A DNA stretch of 64,000 nucleotides from positions 18,335 through 82,334 of the forward strand of contig JBNKOC010000021.1 of the NCBI GenBank assembly GCA_050294405.1. Reading direction: 5' to 3'. A program made the position numbers and the translations under genes. Shown here piece after piece: positions 9,703 to 19,927 of this stretch. Origin of the DNA: Fibrobacteria bacterium (GTDB lineage Bacteria > Fibrobacterota > Fibrobacteria > UBA11236 > JADFYW01). Each line of letters begins with the position of its first letter. Positions within the stretch are counted from its first letter, which is position 1. Below the pieces are notes generated by a model, which was not told where the DNA came from, made no database searches, and was given only the letters and a program-made list of their open reading frames with translations.

Positions 9703-10917
9703 TTACTGCTTATTTTCTTCCAAGACCATCTTAGTATATAATTTTTGTTTGCCGCGAATATACCCAATTTTAACGGATTCTCCCACCTGAAATTTTCGGA
9801 GTATTTCTAAAAAATCTTTGATGTTGCTGGTGGGATGATCTTCCACTGAAAAAATTACATCGCCTTTTTGCAATCCCGCCTTTTGGCCGGGAGAACCGCG
9901 CTCCACATCTGTAACCAAAATGCCCCCCAGGGCGTTTTCATATTCGGAATAATATGGATTGGTGTAAATACCCGTGGTCCACTGCCGGATATAACCATAC
10001 TTTACCAGCTCATTTACCACCCGCATGGCCTTTTGAATGGGGATGGCAAAGCCCATTCCCACAGAGCCCGAACGCCCCCCTTGTTGCCCGGTAATTATAA
10101 AAGTGTTAATACCAATAACATCGCCCTGCACATTCACCAAAGCCCCGCCGGAATTGCCCGGGTTAATACTGGCGTCCGTTTGGATCATATTGTGATAGCC
10201 TATTCCTGAACTATGGGAAAAATTTCGATTAAGCGCACTGATAACCCCCACCGTAACGGTTGGCTGGTTATCGCCCATTAGAAATCCAAAGGGATTTCCA
10301 ATGGCAACTACCCATTCGCCAATGAGGTTGTCCTGGTTTTTTTGAAAGCGGGCATAAGGCAATTTTGAACCCTTAATTTTGATAACAGCAAGATCATTGT
10401 CCGGGTCCTGGCCCACTATTTTACCGTTAAAACTGCGGCCGTCGGGGAGGTTTACTTTAATTTCCACCACCGCTTCCCCGCGATTTAGCTCCATCACATG
10501 GTAGTTCGTCACAATATAGCCTTGGGAGTTCACTATCACCCCTGAGCCAATGGAGCTTACACTTTCCCTGCTGCGGCCCCTACCCTGTCCTAAAAACAGA
10601 TCGAAAAAAGGATCGTCGAAAAAGGGATTTCGACGAAGGTTTCGGGCTCGGGTAACGGTAATACTCACCACCGCCGGAGATGCTTTCTCAATGGCGTTGA
10701 CTATTGCCGTGCGACGGGATTGCTCTAACCTTTCCGTCTGGAAGCCTTTAGAATCAACATTGCTTTTTTCATTGGATACTTCAATAACATCACCAGAAGA
10801 TGCCGCAATCCGGTTTTCCTCAGCTTTATCAGAGCTATTGCCCTTAAAGGCCAATAAAATAAGAGCCGTGAAAACAAATGCTAAGGTAATTATAAGGGAG
10901 TTTTTTTTAATACTCAT
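9703..10917 (-). CDS. HtrA/DegP-family serine protease with one PDZ domain
   Basis: VTNYHV, DLAVIK, QTDASINPGNSGG, C-terminal PDZ. Confidence 0.93.
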   Translation of the reverse strand: MSIKKNSLIITLAFVFTALILLAFKGNSSDKAEENRIAASSGDVIEVSNEKSNVDSKGFQTERLEQSRRTAIVNAIEKASPAVVSITVTRARNLRRNPFFDDPFFDLFLGQGRGRSRESVSSIGSGVIVNSQGYIVTNYHVMELNRGEAVVEIKVNLPDGRSFNGKIVGQDPDNDLAVIKIKGSKLPYARFQKNQDNLIGEWVVAIGNPFGFLMGDNQPTVTVGVISALNRNFSHSSGIGYHNMIQTDASINPGNSGGALVNVQGDVIGINTFIITGQQGGRSGSVGMGFAIPIQKAMRVVNELVKYGYIRQWTTGIYTNPYYSEYENALGGILVTDVERGSPGQKAGLQKGDVIFSVEDHPTSNIKDFLEILRKFQVGESVKIGYIRGKQKLYTKMVLEENKQ

Positions 10918-11689
10918 AATCGCTGTATCCTACCTTTTCCAAAACCAACCCCTCAGCTGGAGCCCAGGTCCACTCCAATTTGTTACTCCCCTCTAAAATA
11001 GCTTTTACAAAGCCGGGGTTTCTGTTTTTTCTGGCCACATCATAGCAGGCACCCACCATGCTGCGCACCATGCGGTGTAAAAAGCGATTGCCTGTGATTT
11101 CCACCTGCCATAAATTTTTATTCCCGCTTAACTTCAGCTGTTGGATTTCGCATTCAGTAGATTTGCCATCGTTGCGTGGAATGGAAAAAGAATTAAAGTC
11201 ATGTTTGCCTAAAAAGCAAGAGAGCTCTTCTTCAAATAAGGAAAAATCCATGGCAAAAGGAACCTCCCAAACTCTACCTTGCATCAAAGGGGAAGAACCT
11301 AAACAAATGCTGTATATGTAATGCCTGTATTGGGCATGGTAACGGGAATGAAAATCCTCTTCACAGCTTTCCAAGGCGCGGATGGAAACATCCCAGTCTG
11401 TTAAAGCGTTTATGCTTCGCTGTATTTTTTCCAGGTTTAGAGTTTCGGAATTTATATCCGCATCAAAATGAGCCACCTGTCCCCGGGCATGCACTCCGGC
11501 ATCGGTTCTACCTGAGGCTATAATCTGAACGGGTTGCCTAAGGGCCACGGCAAAGGCCTTTTCCAGTTCTGCCTGCACGGTGCGTTTTCCCGGCTGCACT
11601 TGCCAGCCGGAAAAATTTTTTCCAAAATACTCTATGGCCATTCTAAATCGGGTCATGAGAGAAGTATAGATATTAGGCGGTAATATCAA
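10907..11689 (-). CDS. truA: tRNA pseudouridine(38-40) synthase
   Basis: FSGWQVQ, SGRTDAGVHARGQ, FLHRMVR. Confidence 0.95.
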   Translation of the reverse strand: MILPPNIYTSLMTRFRMAIEYFGKNFSGWQVQPGKRTVQAELEKAFAVALRQPVQIIASGRTDAGVHARGQVAHFDADINSETLNLEKIQRSINALTDWDVSIRALESCEEDFHSRYHAQYRHYIYSICLGSSPLMQGRVWEVPFAMDFSLFEEELSCFLGKHDFNSFSIPRNDGKSTECEIQQLKLSGNKNLWQVEITGNRFLHRMVRSMVGACYDVARKNRNPGFVKAILEGSNKLEWTWAPAEGLVLEKVGYSDYEY

Positions 11690-13991
11690 AGCCCGCCGTG
11701 GAATTACCTCCCTCTGCGGGGCCTTTGGAAGGCGGAAAATCTTCTCCCAAAGGTTCGGAGGTATCTTGGGCCTTGAGCCTTATTTTCTGTCCATAACGCA
11801 ACACTTTCAAATCCAGATAGGCCAGGTTTTTTTCAAGTTGGGCAATTTCTCCAGCCATGTATTCAGATACATCGCCAGTTTCATTTTCCAAATCCAACTC
11901 TATGCCCTGGGATTTTACCAGCGCTTTAACCCAAACATTGCTAAGGTTTGGCGTAGTAAGTTCAATATTCAAAACCAGGGGTTTGGCCTTGGAATCTGTT
12001 TGTTTGGAAAAACTGGAATCAAAGCGAAAACGCACCCCGCGCCAGGAGCCATTTTGATAGTAAAAGCCCTGCATCCAGTTTTCCCCTCTTTGGTTTTCTC
12101 CTGGTCCCAACTCTGTTATTGTGGATTGCAGGGCGAATTTTAAAAGCGCATGGTCCGCTTTGTTGTTTCCCGTTTGAGATTCTTCCCGGTTCAATTGCTG
12201 GTATTGGGACAAAAGGCTTTCGGTTTTTTCCAGCTGAGCTGGGTTTGGACTTTGAGGATGACTGGGTGGGAGGGGCTTTTCCGCATCCCATAAAAAAATG
12301 GGCGGCGGATTTTGGTGTTTGCCAGATGTATGTGAAGATTCCTCCAAAGGGTAATGCTGATTTAAAAACAAAAGGGAAAGGGCCGGGTATTTGGCCATGG
12401 CTCCCCAAATCTGGGCCTTGCTATTCGACCAGCTATCTTCAGCCTTAAACTGCACAAAGAGGGAAAAAAGCTTGTCTAAACTTTGTTCCAGTCCCACAGG
12501 TTTGGCAAGAGAAGCCCAGTTTACAGTTCTGCCGCTGGAATCAAGTTTTTCTGCGCCGGGGTTTTCTCCTTTGGAAAGTTTGCTCGGCTCGGTAGGTTGG
12601 GATATTGTTTTATTTTCCGAACTGAGACTTGAGGTTATCTCTGTCTGTATTTGCTGAACTGGTTTTTGGGAAGAAGCATTTAATTCTTCGGAAAAGTGTT
12701 GGGCCAATTTTTCCAGCGCCTGGCTCAAATAAACCCCTAAGTTTTCAGAGGGAATATTAGCCATTGGCTGGACAGAAGTTTTTCCCAAAACACTTTGTTC
12801 GCCCGAAAATAAAGTCTCAATTTGTTCCCTACTTAAATTAAGGGCCCCAAATGCATCTGAAATTTTCTGGTTCTGAGGAATAGACTTAGCATTGGGCTCC
12901 TGTTTGTTTTCTGAAGTTACAGTTCCCTGTGCCCTGTCCGATTTTTTTTGGCCTGAATTAGCTTCCAGATTTCTCTCAGGATTTTGATTTGCCTGGGGAG
13001 TTTTAGATATAGTTACCTTAGGTATATCTGATACTTCATTTTGGGCCCCGGAAGATGTGTGCATAACATTTGTTTCGCTGGAGTTATTGGAGCCTGAAAC
13101 TGCCGATAGCTTTGGACTATTCTCGCTAAGCGCCGGGAGGTTTTTAGCATAATCCATCCCAAATAAATAGCTCAAAACCCGGGAAGCTCCATCTCCCAAA
13201 GAAGGATAAAAAGCCGTGACCTTGTCTCCTGACCCTGCCAAAACCCCTGAGGATTTAATAACATCACCAAAATCCACTACGGCTTTGGCAAAATAGGGTT
13301 CTTCCTTTAAGGGCAAAAGCTTATCCCAGGCCAGCCTGTACGCACTGTGTAGCTCGCGGTTTTGGCTAACCAAAATTTTTTCTAACTCTTTAGGGTAGCG
13401 GTAACTGTCGGGCAATTTGTTTAAATAAAATTGGGAGCCGGATTTTTCCAGGGCAAAGGGATAAAATTCCCCCAATTTTAAGATTTGGGAGGTTTTTAAC
13501 TGGAACTGCTGGCCCTTGTATTCAAGCAACACATTGTACTTATGGTTCTCCCCGCTTTTTAATTGGCCTGAATCGGCCAGCGATGTTATGTTAACAACCC
13601 TGGCAAACAAGATGCGGGCGTCTAATGGCTTTTTTAAAAGAGATTCGTAATCCCGGGAAATTTCAGCAGGCATGGCCTTTTCATTTTCTCCAGCGGGCAT
13701 TTTTTGGGACGCAAGCCATACATCTCCCATTTTTTCCAGGCGCTGGCCCATGTTTTGTTTATCAAGGGTTTCCAACATGAGGTTGCCCTTTTCATTGAAG
13801 TATATTAGAACTTTTTCGCCCTGATGTAATTGAGGCAGGCGCAGAGGAATTTCCAATTCCCCTTTGGGGGTCATTAAAAGGATGCTGGCGCGACCCATGG
13901 AAGCTACCGTAGCCGTAACCTTGCGCTCGGCTTTGCCCAGTTGCAATTGCCTTAGCAACTGATTAGCGGTCATGGCTAATTCGTGGATCAT
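11673..13991 (-). CDS. large protein with FliK-like (hook-length control) C-terminal domain
   Basis: Long S/Q/P-rich low-complexity centre; C-terminal LNIELTTPNLSNVWV...LEKNLAYLDL resembles FliK_C. Confidence 0.55.
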   Translation of the reverse strand: MIHELAMTANQLLRQLQLGKAERKVTATVASMGRASILLMTPKGELEIPLRLPQLHQGEKVLIYFNEKGNLMLETLDKQNMGQRLEKMGDVWLASQKMPAGENEKAMPAEISRDYESLLKKPLDARILFARVVNITSLADSGQLKSGENHKYNVLLEYKGQQFQLKTSQILKLGEFYPFALEKSGSQFYLNKLPDSYRYPKELEKILVSQNRELHSAYRLAWDKLLPLKEEPYFAKAVVDFGDVIKSSGVLAGSGDKVTAFYPSLGDGASRVLSYLFGMDYAKNLPALSENSPKLSAVSGSNNSSETNVMHTSSGAQNEVSDIPKVTISKTPQANQNPERNLEANSGQKKSDRAQGTVTSENKQEPNAKSIPQNQKISDAFGALNLSREQIETLFSGEQSVLGKTSVQPMANIPSENLGVYLSQALEKLAQHFSEELNASSQKPVQQIQTEITSSLSSENKTISQPTEPSKLSKGENPGAEKLDSSGRTVNWASLAKPVGLEQSLDKLFSLFVQFKAEDSWSNSKAQIWGAMAKYPALSLLFLNQHYPLEESSHTSGKHQNPPPIFLWDAEKPLPPSHPQSPNPAQLEKTESLLSQYQQLNREESQTGNNKADHALLKFALQSTITELGPGENQRGENWMQGFYYQNGSWRGVRFRFDSSFSKQTDSKAKPLVLNIELTTPNLSNVWVKALVKSQGIELDLENETGDVSEYMAGEIAQLEKNLAYLDLKVLRYGQKIRLKAQDTSEPLGEDFPPSKGPAEGGNSTAGFDITA

Positions 13992-14036
13992 ACCCTTTGA
14001 ATCATACCATTATTTGGGCGGCACCCCCAAGGCAGT

Positions 14037-15080
14037 TTATCGGGATTTAAAATCCCGAATCATCAGCTCCACCTCAGTTTTGCTGATTTTTAAACGCTGC
14101 GAAATTTCAGAAACCGTGCTTCCCCGGCGCACCAGTTTCATCACAGTGATTTTTTTATTTTCCTCGTCTTCAAAACTTTTCCATTTAGCCCTTTTTACTG
14201 GGTCCTCCCAGCCATCTTCTAAAGAGCCTTGTGAATCCTTAGAAGAATCGTTTTGACTGCCCAAGGGATCGGACAAGACCTGAATTGGATCTTGTAGTTC
14301 TTCCTCTGAGGGCTCATCCTCAGCTAAAATTTCAGGTTCAAGCTTATCTTTCTTTTTGGACTGCAGCACTTCAAAGTGCGATACAGATACATCTTCCTCT
14401 GGCGGCTCTATTTCTTCCACTTCTTCATCTTCCAATTCAGGAGTGGGCTCGAAGTTATTTTTAGGCAATGTGGATTCGGCAATTTGAGACAAGCCTTTAA
14501 GGGAATGCTTGAACCTGTCTTCAAATGTTTGTTCGGGTTCGAGAACTTCTTCTGTTGGAGCAGGTTCCATAAAGTCGCGGTCCGATTCTTCCGGGTCCAC
14601 GGGTATAGCAGCTTTTTTAACCACGGGTTGCCGCCAACCCTTAAACCTTTTTTCGGAAGCTGGTCCCAGGGCCGCTGCAATTCTTTTTTCCTTGCGGCCA
14701 GGCATCCAGATTAAAGCCAAGCAACTCAGTACGCCTAAACTCAGGTATAAGGGGTTTTGGTAAATAAAACGCGCCCAACCAGGGGGCTTATGCACATCGT
14801 ATTTTTCCACAAATTCCTGGCGGCGGTTGGCGTATTTTTGTCGGCTTTCGGCCTGTAATTTTTTTAAAGAATCGGGCCAACTGAGAGGATAGTTTTGAGG
14901 AGCCCTGAAAACAGAAGCTAACATCAACTCGGTTTCCGCAATGGATTCGGACAACCGGGCCATGGAATCTTGTCCATTGGAATCCTCAAAGAAGGCAGGT
15001 TTTTTAACCTGGGATTTGGCCAACCAAAAGGCTCCCAACGCACATATTAGTACCGCTAGGGTTAAAAAAAGCCTCTGCAT
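14037..15080 (-). CDS. membrane protein with acidic linker and C-terminal HTH (DUF2802/DUF6115-like)
   Basis: Two hydrophobic segments, E/D/P-rich region, LVRRGSTVSEISQRLKISKTEVELM. Confidence 0.6.
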   Translation of the reverse strand: MQRLFLTLAVLICALGAFWLAKSQVKKPAFFEDSNGQDSMARLSESIAETELMLASVFRAPQNYPLSWPDSLKKLQAESRQKYANRRQEFVEKYDVHKPPGWARFIYQNPLYLSLGVLSCLALIWMPGRKEKRIAAALGPASEKRFKGWRQPVVKKAAIPVDPEESDRDFMEPAPTEEVLEPEQTFEDRFKHSLKGLSQIAESTLPKNNFEPTPELEDEEVEEIEPPEEDVSVSHFEVLQSKKKDKLEPEILAEDEPSEEELQDPIQVLSDPLGSQNDSSKDSQGSLEDGWEDPVKRAKWKSFEDEENKKITVMKLVRRGSTVSEISQRLKISKTEVELMIRDFKSR

Positions 15081-15172
15081 AGCTATAAAACTAAAGATTC
15101 CTATTTAGGAATCAAACAAATATTGCTTTATTTCTTCAAATTTGAGAAAATTGAGGATAAATTGAAGGGTTT

Positions 15173-15469
15173 ATGGAGCTTTTATTGATAAAAGAAGATT
15201 TGGTATTGGGTAAGTTTTCCCTAAAGCCCGGTCTCAATACCATAGGCCGGGCAAAAGATTGCGATGTGGTATTGGAGGATGCAAATGTGACCCGAATCCA
15301 CGCCAGAATCCAGGTGGACGTGAACAAAAAAATATTTTTGTTTGAAGATTTAAAAAGCACCAATGGCTCTTATATCAATCAGGTAAAAACCAGTTACAAA
15401 ATACTGGAAAAAAATGATGTACTTCAATTGGGAGGACAGCAGTTGCTATTTAACGGGGATTCGCACTAA
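15173..15469 (+). CDS. stand-alone FHA domain protein
   Basis: IGR, VTRIHA and DLKSTNGS motifs. Confidence 0.88.
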   Translation: MELLLIKEDLVLGKFSLKPGLNTIGRAKDCDVVLEDANVTRIHARIQVDVNKKIFLFEDLKSTNGSYINQVKTSYKILEKNDVLQLGGQQLLFNGDSH

Positions 15470-15938
15470 CCACGCAAAAGGCCTGTAGAGCTTCACCTCT
15501 TCCAAAAGCGTTTAAACCTTCTCCTGTAGTTGCTGTTAAAGCCACCTGAGATGGGTCTAGCTTCATAATGTTAGCCACGCTGCTGCAAATGTTGCGATTG
15601 TGGTGGTAAATTTTGGGACGGCGCCCCTCGATGGAAATACTAACATGGCCCACGACATAACCTAAAGCAGACAAATCTTCCAAAGCCTTTTTAAGGTAGG
15701 CGCTGGAATCGGTAATTCCCAGTTTGCACATGCTGTCCGCAGGAGGCCCCAAAATTGGTTTTCCGGTGATACCGGAAATAGCATTGGTAATAGCATGGAG
15801 CACCACATCTGAATCGCTATTGCCTTCAAAATGAAAATTTCCCGGCATTAGAAAGCCGCCCAATAGCAAAGGCTTGGCATCGCCTTCGGCTATGCGATGG
15901 CTGTCTTGTCCAATGCCGGTTTTGGGGTATTTTTCCAT
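15450..15938 (-). CDS. ispF: 2-C-methyl-D-erythritol 2,4-cyclodiphosphate synthase
   Basis: GIGQDSH, SDSDVVLHA, ATTGEGL; adjacent to ispD. Confidence 0.93.
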   Translation of the reverse strand: MEKYPKTGIGQDSHRIAEGDAKPLLLGGFLMPGNFHFEGNSDSDVVLHAITNAISGITGKPILGPPADSMCKLGITDSSAYLKKALEDLSALGYVVGHVSISIEGRRPKIYHHNRNICSSVANIMKLDPSQVALTATTGEGLNAFGRGEALQAFCVVSANPR

Positions 15939-15966
15939 TTATAATTTTATCCTTAGTCCCATATCC

Positions 15967-16692
15967 TCAATTTTTATCCTTATAATGGCCAAGTTCAGCG
16001 GCCCATTTGGCCCACAGTAAATCTTCTGTTAAGGTGATTTTTTTAAGCCAGGAACTCCCCTCAATCCAGTATACGGTTTCGCCGATTTGTTCCACCATTC
16101 CCGCTTCATCCGTGGTAAAGCCCGAAGAAAATTTTTGCGGCTCTTTTTCCATTTCTTCATATAGCTTTTGCAAAACTCTGGCTGGAAATGCCTGGGGGGT
16201 TTGCACAGAAATCAAGTTTTGGCGATTGTGAGTTTGGACAACCTTATCTCCGTCCACTTCCTTGGTGGTGTCGGCGGTTTTTTGAGCCACCACTGCGCAG
16301 CGGTTCTTATGCAAACTTTCAATACAGTCTTGCACAATGGAATACGACAAAAAGGGCCGGGCCACATCGTGGATAAGCACCCCTTCTAAACCGGAATCCA
16401 GGGCTTCGAAACCTTTTTTCACAGACTCCCAACGTTCTGTTCCCCCTTCCACAACTTTGGTTTTGGGAAAAAGAGTTTTGATATGTTGGTATTTGTCTAA
16501 ATAATCCCGGGGTAAGACAACTACGATTTCTGCAATTTCTGGAACCTGATGAAACAGCTCCAGAGAATACTGAAACACTGGTTTGCCATTAACATGCAAA
16601 AACTGCTTGGGCGTTTCTTTGCCAATACGGCTGGAGCTTCCCCCCGCGGGAAGAAGTACCCCAATGTTTCTGGCTGATTTCTGACTTTCCAA
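15967..16692 (-). CDS. ispD: 2-C-methyl-D-erythritol 4-phosphate cytidylyltransferase
   Basis: PAGGSSSR..PKQF, IHDVARP, QTPQAF, KIT. Confidence 0.93.
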   Translation of the reverse strand: MESQKSARNIGVLLPAGGSSSRIGKETPKQFLHVNGKPVFQYSLELFHQVPEIAEIVVVLPRDYLDKYQHIKTLFPKTKVVEGGTERWESVKKGFEALDSGLEGVLIHDVARPFLSYSIVQDCIESLHKNRCAVVAQKTADTTKEVDGDKVVQTHNRQNLISVQTPQAFPARVLQKLYEEMEKEPQKFSSGFTTDEAGMVEQIGETVYWIEGSSWLKKITLTEDLLWAKWAAELGHYKDKN

Positions 16693-16701
16693 AAAGATTC
16701 C

Positions 16702-17931
16702 TTAAAATTTAACCGGGGATTTTTTTCCCAGCAAGGTTTGCCTCATTTTCAGGGGAAGCCCTAAACATTTGATAAAACCGGTGGCGTCTTTTTGATCGTA
16801 AAAATCCACATCGGAAAACCCACCTAAATCTTCATCGTAAAGAGAATAAGGGCTTTCCATTTTGGCGGCAATGGCGTTTCCCTTGTAAAGTTTTAGGGTC
16901 ACTTTTCCGGTTACCGCTTCACAGGCATTGTCCATAAAAGCATCCAGAGCCTGGCGATTGGGAGTGAACCAAAGGCCATCATATACAAGCTGAGAGTATT
17001 TTTGAGAGAGCATTTGCTTGGTTTGCAATACATCTCTGTCCAAAACCAATGTTTCCAGAGCTTCAATGGCTTTGTACAGCAAGGTGCCCCCGGGAGTTTC
17101 GTACACGCCGCGGGACTTCATGCCTACCAAACGGTTTTCCACAATGTCCAGCAAACCACAAGCGTGTTTTCCGCCAAGTTCATTTAATTTTTCCAAAAGC
17201 TCCACCGGTCCCAATTTTTTGCCATCTACGGCCACGGGAATACCCTTGGCAAACTCTATTTCCACATACTCAGCTTTGGAAGGGGCTTTTTCCAGGGTAT
17301 TACTGAGTTTTAACATGTCCCATTTATGTTCTTTATCCGTGTACTCCAACACTCCGCCCTCATGGGACAAATGCCATAGGTTTCCATCTTCCGAATAAAT
17401 TTTCTTTTTAGAAACAGTTAGAGGGATTTTTCTGGCTTTGGCATAATCAATAGCCTCTTCCCGGCTGCGGATTTTCCATTTGGAATCTTTCCAGGGAGCG
17501 ATGATTTTTATGCGTGGGTTCATAGCCATGTATGTTAATTCAAAACGAACCTGGTCGTTGCCTTTGCCTGTAGCGCCGTGGGCCACCATGCTGGCTTTTT
17601 CCTGGGCGGCAATTAACATCTGGTGTTTAGCTATAACGGGTCTGGCCATGGAAGTACCCAATAAATAAGTACCTTCGTACTTAGCGCCGGCTTTTAAAGT
17701 GGGCCAAACATAATCCGTTAAAAACTCTTTGCGCAAATCTTTAACAATACATTTAATGGCGCCCGCAGCCAGAGCCCTTTCTTTTAAGGGGCCCACTTCC
17801 ACTTTGCCCTGGCCCACATCCGCCGCATAGGCAATTACATCCACGTTGTAATTTTCAATTAACCAGGGGATGATGATAGATGTATCCAATCCGCCGGAAT
17901 AGGCCAAAACCACTTTTTCTCTTTTGCTCAT
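16702..17931 (-). CDS. argG: argininosuccinate synthase
   Basis: LAYSGGLDTS, HGATGKGNDQVRF, SRGVYETPG. Confidence 0.97.
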   Translation of the reverse strand: MSKREKVVLAYSGGLDTSIIIPWLIENYNVDVIAYAADVGQGKVEVGPLKERALAAGAIKCIVKDLRKEFLTDYVWPTLKAGAKYEGTYLLGTSMARPVIAKHQMLIAAQEKASMVAHGATGKGNDQVRFELTYMAMNPRIKIIAPWKDSKWKIRSREEAIDYAKARKIPLTVSKKKIYSEDGNLWHLSHEGGVLEYTDKEHKWDMLKLSNTLEKAPSKAEYVEIEFAKGIPVAVDGKKLGPVELLEKLNELGGKHACGLLDIVENRLVGMKSRGVYETPGGTLLYKAIEALETLVLDRDVLQTKQMLSQKYSQLVYDGLWFTPNRQALDAFMDNACEAVTGKVTLKLYKGNAIAAKMESPYSLYDEDLGGFSDVDFYDQKDATGFIKCLGLPLKMRQTLLGKKSPVKF

Positions 17932-18006
17932 AGCTAAAAAACCCTCGCTTAAACTTACGGGGTTTAAAGTTAAAAAAAATCAGAGCGAGCGGTCAGCCAA
18001 GGGAGC

Positions 18007-18522
18007 TTAAAAATTAAGGTCTTTTAAAATTTCTTCGGCCATTTTAATTTCGGGATTATCCTGCATAGCATCCGGTTTTCCCTGACCATTCCTGTCCCCT
18101 ACCATAAACAATCCTCCCACATCCATACTTTCGGCATTGCTATCCACAGCCTTACGCAATTTTTCGTTGGTCGTGCGAATGCGGGTGACTAAAAGTTTGA
18201 TCATGGTCACCACCCAGGCGGGCAACTGGCCCAATTGGTCGTCGAACATTTCCTTGGTGATAATGGTGACCACCGTGTCCTCCACAGCCTTTACAGAAGC
18301 CGAACGCTTTAATTCATCAATTACAGCCATTTCCCCAAACATACCCTTTTCTCCGATACGGGTGAGTTCAATTTCCTTGGGACCTGCTTTGGTGGGAACG
18401 GTTTTGTAAACCATCACCTGGCCGCTATTGATAATATACATCCCATCGCAAATGGAGTTTTCGGTAAATATGATTTCGCCGGAACGATAGTTTTTTTGAA
18501 GTTTTCGATAACTTTTTGGCAT
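18007..18522 (-). CDS. cyclic nucleotide-binding domain protein (no evident HTH)
   Basis: GEIIF, MYIINSG.V, FGEMA...RSASV. Confidence 0.85.
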   Translation of the reverse strand: MPKSYRKLQKNYRSGEIIFTENSICDGMYIINSGQVMVYKTVPTKAGPKEIELTRIGEKGMFGEMAVIDELKRSASVKAVEDTVVTIITKEMFDDQLGQLPAWVVTMIKLLVTRIRTTNEKLRKAVDSNAESMDVGGLFMVGDRNGQGKPDAMQDNPEIKMAEEILKDLNF

Positions 18523-18551
18523 AATGTTCAGAATAGTCTGAACTTTATTTT

Positions 18552-18712
18552 AACCCTAAGATGCGTATAAATGAAAGAAAAAAGAGTCCCTACCCTTCGG
18601 GAAAGCCATCAGACTTCGATGCCTGCGTTGTCGGAGCTCGCAGTACGGGTAGTACAGCTTCGCTCCTTCGCCTTGGCCTCTAACCCCGATGACCTTTCGC
18701 ATCACTAGGGTT
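18552..18712. repeat. long imperfect palindrome, ERIC-like element overlapping the argD 3' end
   Basis: Arms aaccctaagatgcg / cgcatcactagggtt and gaaag.catc / gatg..ctttc; GCGTTG (18625) and CGCCTTG (18669) flank a central GTAC..GTAC hairpin. Confidence 0.6.
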
Positions 18713-19921
18713 GCCTATTGCCTTGCCGAAAATTTCAACGGCTGCCAAAATTTGCTCCCGGGTAATATTTAACGGAGGCAAAAAACGAATTACATCACTA
18801 CCGGCCTTGCAAATCAAAAGCCCAAGCTCCCGACATTTGCCAATTAGTTCCATTTGGTTGCCTTTATAGCGAATGCCTAGCAAAAAGCCTTTGCCTAAAA
18901 GGGGAAGTTCAAAATCCTCCCTTGCGTTGGATTCAATGGACTCCGTTAATTTTTGACGCATAAATTGTGCATTTTCTCTGACTTTAAGCAAAAAACGAGC
19001 ATCGCCCACTTCCGAAACCACAGCTAAGCCCGCAGCGCAAGCCACGGGATTCCCTCCAAAAGTAGTGCCGTGATCCCCCGCTTGAATGGGGTCCGCCAAT
19101 TCTTTTTTAATGAGAACTCCACCCAAGGGAAGTCCACCGCCAAGAGGCTTTGCCAGGCTCAGCGCATCGGGCTTAAAGTTCCAGCTATCTGACGCTAAAA
19201 ACTCACCGGTTCTTCCGCAGCCCGTTTGTACCTCATCGGCAATTATTAACACCCCCATTTTCTGGCACTGGGCAATGGCCTCCAACATTTCCTCGGAATG
19301 GGTCATCACGCCACCTTCGGCCTGAATGGGTTCTAAAAAGATAGCTGCGGTATCTTCCCCGCAATTTTTTTTAAGGGCCTGCACATCGTTAAAGGGAACT
19401 TCCACGAACCCCTCAAGCAGGGGTTCAAAGGACTCTTTTAATTTTTTTTGCCCGGTGAGGGATAGTGAGCCCATTGTCCGTCCGTGAAAAGAAGAACTGA
19501 AACTGAGGATTTTTTTTCGGGATGTTTCTCCTTTTTGCAGCCAATATTTGCGCACAAATTTTATTAAGGCTTCATTGGCCTCTGCCCCGGAGTTACAGAA
19601 AAAAACTTTTTCGTAACCAGTTTTTTCACTGAGCCATTGTGCCAATTTTATTTGAGATTCCACTAAATACAAATTGCTAACGTGGCAAAGGGCATTGGCC
19701 TGGGTGATAATGGCTTCAGAAACAGGAGGATGGCAATGGCCCAGAGCATTTACGGCAATACCTGTCACACAATCCAGATATTTTTTGCCGTTGGAATCCC
19801 ATACATAGCTACCTTCGCCGCGAACCAGGCGTAAACTGCGTTCCCCATAATTTTTTAGAAAAACCTGATTTCCCGTATTTATGGATTCGGCAAGCTCATT
19901 CAAAAGGATTCTCCTTTGCAA
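18680..19921 (-). CDS. argD: acetylornithine aminotransferase
   Basis: GIAVNALGH, NSGAEANE, FHGRT, DEVQTG, LAKPLGGG, HGTTFGGNP; arg cluster context. Confidence 0.93.
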   Translation of the reverse strand: MQRRILLNELAESINTGNQVFLKNYGERSLRLVRGEGSYVWDSNGKKYLDCVTGIAVNALGHCHPPVSEAIITQANALCHVSNLYLVESQIKLAQWLSEKTGYEKVFFCNSGAEANEALIKFVRKYWLQKGETSRKKILSFSSSFHGRTMGSLSLTGQKKLKESFEPLLEGFVEVPFNDVQALKKNCGEDTAAIFLEPIQAEGGVMTHSEEMLEAIAQCQKMGVLIIADEVQTGCGRTGEFLASDSWNFKPDALSLAKPLGGGLPLGGVLIKKELADPIQAGDHGTTFGGNPVACAAGLAVVSEVGDARFLLKVRENAQFMRQKLTESIESNAREDFELPLLGKGFLLGIRYKGNQMELIGKCRELGLLICKAGSDVIRFLPPLNITREQILAAVEIFGKAIGNPSDAKGHRG

Positions 19922-19927
19922 ATTGTG

